NCBI GenBank assembly: GCA_964447495.1
Contig: CAYUTF010000060.1
Span: 1 to 20,206, forward strand
From: an uncultured archaeon
Lineage (GTDB): Archaea; Asgardarchaeota; Lokiarchaeia; Sigyniarchaeales; SOKP01
Direction: 5' to 3'
Length of the DNA: 20,206 nucleotides
Under the pieces are notes generated by a model that worked only from the letters and a program-made list of their open reading frames with translations, was not told the origin of the DNA and searched no databases. Made by a program: the position numbers and the translations under genes. This document shows positions 1 through 7,616 of this stretch, in pieces (position 1 is the first letter of the stretch; every line of letters begins with the position of its first letter).

Positions 1-278
1 TTTCGAAATTCGATTTTTTTGATGTAATCGATTATTAAGGTAAATATAACAAATCCAACTAATAACAGAGGAAATAACCAATACCACCATTCTCTTACTA
101 AGAATATATTAATTATGGCTATAATTAAAGTAGGAATTCCAAGCGCTATATTAAATATACCTATTTTTCTCGATAATTCTGGCTTTTTAACCCGAGAGAG
201 AAATAGGACAAACACAGTCAAATTGAATATGTTTATTATGACAAATTCAATTAAATCTATTATATATAGGATACTCAT
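1..278 (-). CDS. Hypothetical integral membrane protein, 3' end runs off the window (not in ORF track)
   Basis: ATG at 278 opens a frame to the window edge: MSILYIIDLIEFVIINIFNLTVFVLFLSRVKKPELSRKIGIFNIALGIPTLIIAIINIFLVREWWYWLFPLLLVGFVIFTLIIDYIKKIEFR; three hydrophobic segments; co-oriented with neighbours. Confidence 0.75.
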   Translation of the reverse strand, partial: MSILYIIDLIEFVIINIFNLTVFVLFLSRVKKPELSRKIGIFNIALGIPTLIIAIINIFLVREWWYWLFPLLLVGFVIFTLIIDYIKKIEFR

Positions 279-347
279 TACTTAGAATTGAATTTTAAAG
301 GATAAATAAAATTAAGAAATTAAGGTTCTTAATTAATAAAAAGTTAT

Positions 348-599
348 TTACTGTTTTTTTGGATCAATCCATTCAGAATAGATTTCTTCAATAACTAATG
401 TATTGGTTTTGTTACATTTTTCGCAATGTTCTTCTGATAATGATTTATATGTATAGTCTCCAACTTTGAAGGGACGATCAAATTTTGCTTTACATTCTTT
501 ACATTTTATTACTGTGGTAATCTTCTCAACAAAGCGCTTTTTTCTATCAAGAATATCTCCAATATCTGGCAAAGAGGGGAGCTGTGGTTCTTCCGACAT
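348..599 (-). CDS. Small archaeal Zn-ribbon protein (CxxC...CxxC)
   Basis: CKEC and CEKC pairs with RPFKVGDY and IEEIYSE segments, resembling a conserved uncharacterised archaeal Zn-binding family. Confidence 0.75.
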   Translation of the reverse strand: MSEEPQLPSLPDIGDILDRKKRFVEKITTVIKCKECKAKFDRPFKVGDYTYKSLSEEHCEKCNKTNTLVIEEIYSEWIDPKKQ

Positions 600-737
600 A
601 TTAACTCATTTAAATTTTATCTTTATGTTTATAAATAAATTTATCCTAATAATTTTTTAGATTTTTAAATATAAATGCAGGTAAAAATAGTTAAAAATAT
701 ATAGATACAATTAATTCTAAGTAGGTCTAAATTATAA

Positions 738-1268
738 TCAATTACGCTTCCTTGAATCAATAATTCTTCTTGTTAATTCTGTAAATGCTTCATCAACGTT
801 TACACCAGTTTTTGCAGAAGTCTCGATATAGATCGAGCCTTCTTTCTCTGCAAATGATCTTGCTTCATACCTATCTATTGCTGGTTTATTATTTTCTATC
901 AAATCGGCTTTATTCCCAATTAGAACAAAAGGAATATTTTCACCAGCAAATTGCTGTATTTCTGTTAACCATTTCCTCACTTCGATATAAGTTTGTTCGC
1001 GTGTTAAATCAAAAACTAATAATGCTCCTGCTGCACCCTTATAGAAACTGGATCGGATAAATTCGAATCTCTGTTGACCACCTATATCCCAAATGGAGAG
1101 TGTTGCGATTTCACCCTGTCGGAATTCGACATCCTTAGTAAGAATATCTACGCCTACAGTTAGTCTATAATTTGCTGCGAATCGATTCTTAATGAATCTA
1201 TTTACTAAATCTTCCTTACCAACCGCAGCTGCGCCAATTAGCAACACTTTTAATTTAAAACTTGACAT
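738..1268 (-). CDS. Rab-like small GTPase (Ras superfamily) with atypical P-loop
   Basis: G1 GAAAVGKE, G2 YRLTVGVD, G3 WDIGGQ, G4 NKAD, G5 ETSAK; FYKGAAGALLVFD Rab-type segment; no C-terminal cysteine prenylation motif; SD-like GTGAGG just upstream. Confidence 0.95.
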   Translation of the reverse strand: MSSFKLKVLLIGAAAVGKEDLVNRFIKNRFAANYRLTVGVDILTKDVEFRQGEIATLSIWDIGGQQRFEFIRSSFYKGAAGALLVFDLTREQTYIEVRKWLTEIQQFAGENIPFVLIGNKADLIENNKPAIDRYEARSFAEKEGSIYIETSAKTGVNVDEAFTELTRRIIDSRKRN

Positions 1269-1515
1269 AAAGCCTCACTTTAAGAATCTTTTTAAAATAT
1301 CTTTCCGATATCGAATCTCGACTTGCTATTTAATGAGTTTTTTATTCTGAAGCTTTTATGTAAGTTGTCCTTTTAATCACTAAACTGCGTATAAAATATA
1401 TATGGATAACTCTTTCCTAACATGTAACAAGAAAATACAGGTATTTAAATCTATTATTTCTCTAAAAGAAGCTTAAATGAATTTAAAGTAATTCAAATTT
1501 ATTATAAAAAAGCGA

Positions 1516-2100
1516 TTATTTTTTTGATGTTCTATTTAACCAATCTTCTTTAAAAAGCCGGTACTTACGAGAATCAACATATTCTCCATCAATATACATA
1601 GCTTTTTTCTGAATTCCTTCCAGAGCAAAACCATCTTTTTCTGCTACGGTCCAAGACCGGATATTAGGCTCAAAAACTCCAGCATAAATCTTGAAAAAGT
1701 TTAACTCCTTAAAGCCGTAATCGATTAATAGATGTGATGCTTCTGTACCTAAGTTCATATTCCAGTATTTCGGCTCTCCAATGCTCATATAAATGTTAGC
1801 GTTGCGATCAACCCAATCAATTCTTCCAAACCCGCAAGTTCCAATTGGGACTTGATCTTTTTTATACCATATTTCAAACCCCACATGACGTGACAATCCT
1901 TGTCGTGGTTCAAACCATTTTTTCATCTCTTCAGTAGTGTGTGGGATCATATTTCTGGCATAAAGCCTTGCTTTTGGGTTATTATTCCATTTAGCATATA
2001 AAGGTACATGATCTAGATTAGTTGGAGCGAGTGCTACATTCTCTCCCTCAATAAATGGAATATATACCAACTCTTTCTTTTTTTCTTTATTTTCGCTCAT
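1516..2100 (-). CDS. GNAT N-acetyltransferase, RimJ/RimL family
   Basis: YWNMNLGTEA acetyl-CoA binding motif, FKELNFFKIYA, NIRSWTVAEKDGF, YIDGEYVD. Start placed at ATG 2100 (MSENKE) by alignment with the two paralogs; 2112 is possible, 2172 overlaps the upstream gene. Confidence 0.9.
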   Translation of the reverse strand: MSENKEKKKELVYIPFIEGENVALAPTNLDHVPLYAKWNNNPKARLYARNMIPHTTEEMKKWFEPRQGLSRHVGFEIWYKKDQVPIGTCGFGRIDWVDRNANIYMSIGEPKYWNMNLGTEASHLLIDYGFKELNFFKIYAGVFEPNIRSWTVAEKDGFALEGIQKKAMYIDGEYVDSRKYRLFKEDWLNRTSKK

Positions 2101-2131
2101 GATTAATATCATATAATTTATTTTAGAGGAA

Positions 2132-2707
2132 TTATTTATAGTCAAATTTCTGTCGTAATTGGTTCCATTCATCCTTAAATATACTGTATTCGTATTCGTC
2201 TACGTATTTTCCTTTTACAAATGCATTTTTCTTCAACATTAACTCACGTTTCATACCTATCTTCTCACAAATTTTCCATGAACCGTAATTCATCTCATAC
2301 ATATTACCGGTTATTTTTTGCAAGTTTAATTCATTAAATCCATAATCCAGAATTAAGCAAGTTGCTTCAAATCCCAAATTTTGTCTCCAATATGCGGGAT
2401 CTCCAATAGATAAACCTATATTACCGACTTTATCAGCCCAACTAATAAAATTAAACCCTACATATCCAATGGGTTTCTTATCTGCATTATGCCAAACTTC
2501 AAGGCCAATTTCTCTAGGAATACGCCCTTGGCTCTCCTCAAACGCCTTTTTAAAATCTTCTGCTAATATAGGAAAGAGATTACGACCATATTTACGGACT
2601 TCAGGATTATTCTCCCATGAAGCATATAATTTAATATTATCCAAATTGAGGGCACATAAGGAAAGATTTTTTCCCTCTATAAAAGGATACAATTTTACAT
2701 CTGACAT
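2132..2707 (-). CDS. GNAT N-acetyltransferase, RimJ/RimL family
   Basis: YWRQNLGFEA, GFNELNLQKI, NYGSWKICEKIGM; start at 2707 (MSDVKL) preceded by SD GAGGT that overlaps the upstream TGA stop. Confidence 0.9.
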   Translation of the reverse strand: MSDVKLYPFIEGKNLSLCALNLDNIKLYASWENNPEVRKYGRNLFPILAEDFKKAFEESQGRIPREIGLEVWHNADKKPIGYVGFNFISWADKVGNIGLSIGDPAYWRQNLGFEATCLILDYGFNELNLQKITGNMYEMNYGSWKICEKIGMKRELMLKKNAFVKGKYVDEYEYSIFKDEWNQLRQKFDYK

Positions 2708-2717
2708 TTTTAATACC

Positions 2718-3284
2718 TCATTTCTCCATTCTTTCAAACCACTCTTTTTTAAATACCCTATATTTCAATGCATCATAATATGTACCATCAACATACATTT
2801 CTTCTTTTAATGTTGCTTCATGAATGAGTCCTAATTTCTCAAGTACCCGAATAGACTGCTTATTCGGAGTAAATACACCTGTATATAATTTGTGTAAATT
2901 CAAATCTTCAAAAGAATAGATGATTAATAATTTTAAGCTCTCAACAGCAAGTCCTTTACCCCAATATTCAGGTTCTCCAATATTCACGAAAAAATGTGCG
3001 TTTCTATTAAGCCAATTGATATCTGATAATCCAACTATCCCAATAGACTTCATATCTTTTTTATGATAAATCTCAAAATAAATACTTGTCTTGATTGAAT
3101 CTTCTGATTGTGGTTCAAGTATTTTTTTCAATTGACTAATGCTTTGAGGTAGAGGTGTTCGAGAGTAAAGTCTGCCCGAGGGTAAATTTATCCACTTAGC
3201 ATAAAGTTCTACATTTTCGACCGAAGGGGCCCATAATTCTACATTTTCTCCAGCAATAAATGTAAGACTAACTTTCTTTTCCAA
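2718..3284 (-). CDS. GNAT N-acetyltransferase, RimJ/RimL family
   Basis: YWGKGLAVE, LNLHKL, NKQSIRVLEKLG, YVDGTYYD; TTG start with upstream AGGTTGA. Confidence 0.92.
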   Translation of the reverse strand: MEKKVSLTFIAGENVELWAPSVENVELYAKWINLPSGRLYSRTPLPQSISQLKKILEPQSEDSIKTSIYFEIYHKKDMKSIGIVGLSDINWLNRNAHFFVNIGEPEYWGKGLAVESLKLLIIYSFEDLNLHKLYTGVFTPNKQSIRVLEKLGLIHEATLKEEMYVDGTYYDALKYRVFKKEWFERMEK

Positions 3285-3454
3285 GATTATTCAACCTAAT
3301 TCAATATATACGATTATGCTTATATTCTATTGTTTAAATTTTTTGTGTTTGAGTACAAAACTAAATTTAAATAGGATAAAAAGAGAGAGTAAAAATAAGA
3401 TTTTTTAAGAATATAGAACCCTTTAAGGAACCAAGTAAAAATTTTGTTCTGAGT

Positions 3455-4306
3455 TCAATGCTTGATAAAAGTACCATTCTGATACTCTTGAAATGCAATT
3501 CTTAATTCTTCTTCGGTATTCATAACAATTGGTCCGCGCCATGCAACTGGTTCCCTTAATGGTTTTCCAGAGACTAAAAGAAAGCGAACTGGATTTTCAC
3601 GGGTTCTAATAAGGATATCTTCACCCTCCCGATATATAACAAGGTTTTCCACACCAATAAGTTTTGAAGCATCCTCATCAAAATATGCTTCCCCACTTAT
3701 CACATACGCGAATACATTATGTCCATCCTTGATAGAATGTCGAAAGTGGTGATTGGAACCGATGCTTACATCAAGATATTCAGGTTCAGTGATAATATCT
3801 CGGACAGGTCCCTTGATACCATTAATTTCACCTGAAATTACTTTCACTTTAACATGATCATCAATATACACCTCAGGAATATCACTACTCTTGATATCTC
3901 GATAACGAGGATTCATCATTTTATGAGATGAAGGAAGATTCGCCCATAACTGGAATCCCGCCAACTTAGGGTCATTGGGAAGGGGTTTCGGCATCTCTTG
4001 GTGAATAATTCCTGACCCAGCGGTCATCCATTGAACCTCCCCTGTTTTAATTACACCCCCATTTCCTAAACTATCCTTATGTTCTACATTACCATGGGTG
4101 ATATAAGTTATAGTTTCAATACCTCGATGGGGGTGCCATGGAAATCCTGCAATATAATCATTAGGATTATCTGAATGAAAATCATCTAATAGTAAAAATG
4201 GATCTAATGAAGAATCAGCATAACCAAAGGCACGCTTTAATCTCACACCCGCTCCTTCTAAAGTTGGCCTGCTTTGTAATGATAATTTAATTTTTCTTAT
4301 TGACAT
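3455..4306 (-). CDS. Pirin family bicupin protein
   Basis: DPFLLLD, GFPWHPHRGIETITY, WMTAGSGIIHQE, GFQLWANLP, GPIVMN motifs; iron ligands H/H/H/E intact. Confidence 0.97.
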   Translation of the reverse strand: MSIRKIKLSLQSRPTLEGAGVRLKRAFGYADSSLDPFLLLDDFHSDNPNDYIAGFPWHPHRGIETITYITHGNVEHKDSLGNGGVIKTGEVQWMTAGSGIIHQEMPKPLPNDPKLAGFQLWANLPSSHKMMNPRYRDIKSSDIPEVYIDDHVKVKVISGEINGIKGPVRDIITEPEYLDVSIGSNHHFRHSIKDGHNVFAYVISGEAYFDEDASKLIGVENLVIYREGEDILIRTRENPVRFLLVSGKPLREPVAWRGPIVMNTEEELRIAFQEYQNGTFIKH

Positions 4307-4584
4307 TATTCTTGTTTATTATAGTTTTAAATTTTCTATCAAGGGTAGTATCTTTAATTAGTCTAAAAAAAATTTTGATTATAAGAAATAAATATTTGTC
4401 AAAAACACCCAATCAAATATAATCGAAGGGGAAAATGTTTTTCAAATATTTAAAAAGAAACGTAGATTATTCATTGTATTCTTCTTTAGAAATTATACTG
4501 ATTTAGTGAGTTTATATTAAAGTTATAGCTACTAGTAAAGAAGAGATAAGCATAGCAGCAATTGATTTTTTTAGTTTCGCCCAT

Positions 4585-4932
4585 ATGATCATTGGATTTA
4601 TTCTTTACTTGATAATTAATAGCATTGTGTATGTTATAATCCAAACAATTCTCCCTTGGTTTTGCTTGCTAATCATTTTTTGTTTGAGTCTTATCTGGGA
4701 ACTTATTGAAAATTTTGTTTTTATACGATTTGAAATTAAATTTGGGAATAGACGAGATTCACTATTCAATTCGGCAACAGATATGTTATTCTTTTTCTTT
4801 GGAGGTGCCTATGCTTCACTAATGAGTCTATTAGAAAGAAGCTTCATCATTGTATACATTTTGGCATTTCTCTATGGAACTACTTTCGTAATGGCTTTGT
4901 ATGCCTACATCATTATAATTAAAAAAAAATAA
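4585..4932 (+). CDS. DUF2585-like small membrane protein (true start probably upstream, about 4516)
   Basis: Several TM segments, WELIEN and RDSLFNSATD motifs; in-frame DFFSFAH lies immediately upstream of the first ATG. Confidence 0.65.
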   Translation: MIIGFILYLIINSIVYVIIQTILPWFCLLIIFCLSLIWELIENFVFIRFEIKFGNRRDSLFNSATDMLFFFFGGAYASLMSLLERSFIIVYILAFLYGTTFVMALYAYIIIIKKK

Positions 4933-4974
4933 TAAATAAGTGTTAGGTATCAATATCAGGGATATAACCAGATG

Positions 4975-5727
4975 CTAAAAACCAGCATAAGCTCTACCAA
5001 TAACGTATAATATTGGCAAGAGAATTGTGCATGGTAAAAAAAGTATTCCAAATGTAGGTAAGAAACTAATTACAGGAAGCTCAAATCCTACGCAAATCGC
5101 TGCGGATATGATGAAATCGACGATAGCGACGGCAATGAAATATCCTACTATTTTGAGAATCCTTTTTTTCCCAAAGTAATGTTGCTCTTCAATATGAACT
5201 CCGGATTCTTTTAGAACTTTGGCTTTTTCTTTTGGTAAAGCACTTTTTCGCCCTAGATCAAATCGCTTCAAATTCTTCAAATGTCCAATGCCACTTACGT
5301 CTATTATTTTATTTCCTTCTAAATACAATGCGTTTAGTTTATATAAATTATCTAATCCTTTTATTTCTTCAATATCATTATTATTTAAATAGAGTGTCAT
5401 CAAATTGGTGAGAGCATTCAATCCAGTAATTTCTCTAATTTGATTTCCTGACAACCACAAATACCGTAACATCTTTTGGTTTTCTAATCCTTTGATTTCA
5501 GTGATAAGATTATTAGAGAGATTTAAGTATAATAAATTACTTAGATTCTCTAAATTTTTAATCTCAGTTATATTATTATTCGACAAATCTAATTCCTTTA
5601 AGTCGTTAAGATATTCTAACCCCTCGATCTCAGAAATATCAATAATTCCCTTATTTACTAGCGAAAGCTTATTTTTTTTGACATTATAATTTCTATTTCT
5701 AAATATTACATATTGCATTTTTTTCAC
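4975..5727 (-). CDS. SDS22/internalin-like leucine-rich repeat protein with two C-terminal TM helices
   Basis: About six 22-aa repeats LxxLxLSNNxIxEIKGLENL; two hydrophobic segments at the C-terminus; GTG start (ATG three codons later is also possible). Confidence 0.93.
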   Translation of the reverse strand: MKKMQYVIFRNRNYNVKKNKLSLVNKGIIDISEIEGLEYLNDLKELDLSNNNITEIKNLENLSNLLYLNLSNNLITEIKGLENQKMLRYLWLSGNQIREITGLNALTNLMTLYLNNNDIEEIKGLDNLYKLNALYLEGNKIIDVSGIGHLKNLKRFDLGRKSALPKEKAKVLKESGVHIEEQHYFGKKRILKIVGYFIAVAIVDFIISAAICVGFELPVISFLPTFGILFLPCTILLPILYVIGRAYAGF

Positions 5728-5748
5728 TCTTTTTTTTTAATGTAATTT

Positions 5749-6417
5749 TTAATTATTAAGTTTAGCTCCACAATTTGAGCAAAACTGAGTAGTAGAATCT
5801 ATTTTTGTGCCACACTCTGGACAAAATTTTGATTGTATTAACTTTATGAAATCTTGAGTGAATTCCTCAATTTGTTGCCAATCCCGAAAATCATTATATC
5901 CTTTGTAATCAAATTCAAGCCCTGTTTTTTTAGAAATTCTTTTAGCATCAAGCCTTTTCCTTTTACGAGAATCATGATCAAGTTTTGATCTAGAAGAAAA
6001 ATCTAATACTGGTCCAAATACCTGATATAATGGTAGATTGAACCCAAAATGTCGTAACATAGATTTTTCCAAGTCTTTTCGTGCTTTATCCGGATCCAAT
6101 AACATTTCTGAATATATAGGATCACTTCTGAAAAATGCGAACGGTAATTTCGAAGTTAGGAGATTATCTAAATTAGATTTAATGAAAAATAGCATTTTAC
6201 CTGGCAAGAATTTGAATTTTCCCGCATTAGAACCAAAAATTACGCCATTATATTCACTAATATTTGGCCAATTGCTTTCCTTGCTTTTTGAAATATCGAC
6301 GATATGCGATTCTATATCATGTTCTTTGAGCTTTTTTGAAATTGCATCAATAATTTCCTTTACGTAGCCATATTTCGAATTATACACTAATAATACTTTC
6401 CTGTTTAAATTAACCAT
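5749..6417 (-). CDS. Flavodoxin-domain (HemG-like) protein with C-terminal Zn-ribbon
   Basis: VLLVYNSKYGYVKEI flavodoxin N-terminus, YNGVIFGS, DFRDWQQIEEF end motif, then CPECG-x9-CSNCG. Confidence 0.85.
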   Translation of the reverse strand: MVNLNRKVLLVYNSKYGYVKEIIDAISKKLKEHDIESHIVDISKSKESNWPNISEYNGVIFGSNAGKFKFLPGKMLFFIKSNLDNLLTSKLPFAFFRSDPIYSEMLLDPDKARKDLEKSMLRHFGFNLPLYQVFGPVLDFSSRSKLDHDSRKRKRLDAKRISKKTGLEFDYKGYNDFRDWQQIEEFTQDFIKLIQSKFCPECGTKIDSTTQFCSNCGAKLNN

Positions 6418-6456
6418 TCTTTAACTCAACTATTCGCAATAATTTGATCTCGTTAA

Positions 6457-6487
6457 ATATACATTTGTGTGTATAGTATATACATTT
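6457..6487. promoter_or_regulatory. Candidate palindromic operator upstream of the flavodoxin gene
   Basis: TATACA(6458)-N6-TGTATA(6470)-N3-TATACA(6479); ATATACATTT repeated at 21-bp spacing. Confidence 0.4.
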
Positions 6488-6596
6488 TAAAATTCACATT
6501 TAAAACAATAAGGACTGAATTTCTACAGATGACAGTTTTGTAAATAAGATTAAAAGTTGATAAAAATAAGATTGAATGTAATTATACTATTCGTTT

Positions 6597-7445
6597 CTAA
6601 ACTACTTTATTATCATCATTAGGTTCATTTGATTTTGAAGATTGTTTATCCTTTCCATCAGGGGTGTCTTTTGTTTGTTTGGAATCAGCTTCTATTTTAT
6701 CTGATTCTGTCTCCGATTCGAGTTCAGAGTCTGGCTCTGGCTCAGGTTCAGGGGGCTTAGGTCCCCTAGAGATAACAACTTTTGCATATCTAAGCACTTC
6801 TTTATCGAATTTCCAACCATCCTGAATTATTTCTAAAATAGTATTATTTGAAACATCATCTTTTTCTATAGACGTTAGAGCTTCTTGAGAGGAATAATTG
6901 AAAGGTTCATCAACTTTTACGTCCATAGGTTCTGCTTTATGACCTTTCAAAATATTCATGAATTGGTCATAAAACCCCTTTAACAGTTTCATGTTCTCCT
7001 TATCCTCGGAAAGAGCTTTTTTAAACGAATCATAGAGAGGTAAGAAGCTTTTTAAAACAGAAGCGGTATACTCTATCCGTAAAATTTGTCGGTTCTTATC
7101 CCAGCGTTTCTGAGCATTTTCAAATTCTGCCTGTAAGCGCATATATTTATTTTTCCAGTTTTCTGATTCTTCTTTTGCTTTCTTAAGATTTGCTTGAAGG
7201 GTTTTTAATTCTGTTTCTAATTTGCTCACTTTCTCGACTAAATACTCTTTTGAATAATATTCTAATTTTCCTGGCTCTTTGCCCTCGATTTGCTTTTGCT
7301 TTATTTCTGTTGATTCCTTTGGAATATCAATATCTTCTTTTACTTCTGAATTACCTTCTGTGTTTTCTTTCATGATTGATTCCTCACTTTCCACATCCTT
7401 TTGAGTTGCATGAGCTTCTTGTTCAGTATCTTTTTTCCGAGTCAT
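6597..7445 (-). CDS. grpE: Nucleotide exchange factor GrpE
   Basis: Coiled coil then YMRLQAEFENAQKR, FLPLYDSF, EPFNYSSQEAL, IQDGWKFDKEVLRYAKVVIS; adjacent to dnaK. Confidence 0.95.
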   Translation of the reverse strand: MTRKKDTEQEAHATQKDVESEESIMKENTEGNSEVKEDIDIPKESTEIKQKQIEGKEPGKLEYYSKEYLVEKVSKLETELKTLQANLKKAKEESENWKNKYMRLQAEFENAQKRWDKNRQILRIEYTASVLKSFLPLYDSFKKALSEDKENMKLLKGFYDQFMNILKGHKAEPMDVKVDEPFNYSSQEALTSIEKDDVSNNTILEIIQDGWKFDKEVLRYAKVVISRGPKPPEPEPEPDSELESETESDKIEADSKQTKDTPDGKDKQSSKSNEPNDDNKVV

Positions 7446-7616
7446 TGCTAATCCCTATTCCAAACCATAAAATCTTAATATGATATAATGATCTCTATAT
7501 CATAAAAATTCATAAAAATTTTAAATTTTTCTATATTATATAGTTCATAAGAATAAAACAATTATATCATAATTTAATAGTATAAACTAATATTGCAAAT
7601 AAAGTGAAATTGTAAA
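7446..7616. promoter_or_regulatory. Divergent grpE/dnaK promoter region with inverted repeats
   Basis: TATGATATA(7479-7487)-N8-TATATCATA(7496-7504); ATTATATCATA at 7561-7571 is the reverse complement of 7479-7489; central palindromes at 7514-7530 and 7531-7543. Confidence 0.6.

Noticed and set aside
2101-2737. Longest-ORF starts at 2172 and 2737 for the GNAT genes
   Set aside because: They overlap the upstream paralog; alignment and the SD position favour 2100 and 2707.
7446-7616. CIRCE/HrcA regulation of dnaK
   Set aside because: No TTAGCACTC-N9-GAGTGCTAA and no hrcA in the window.
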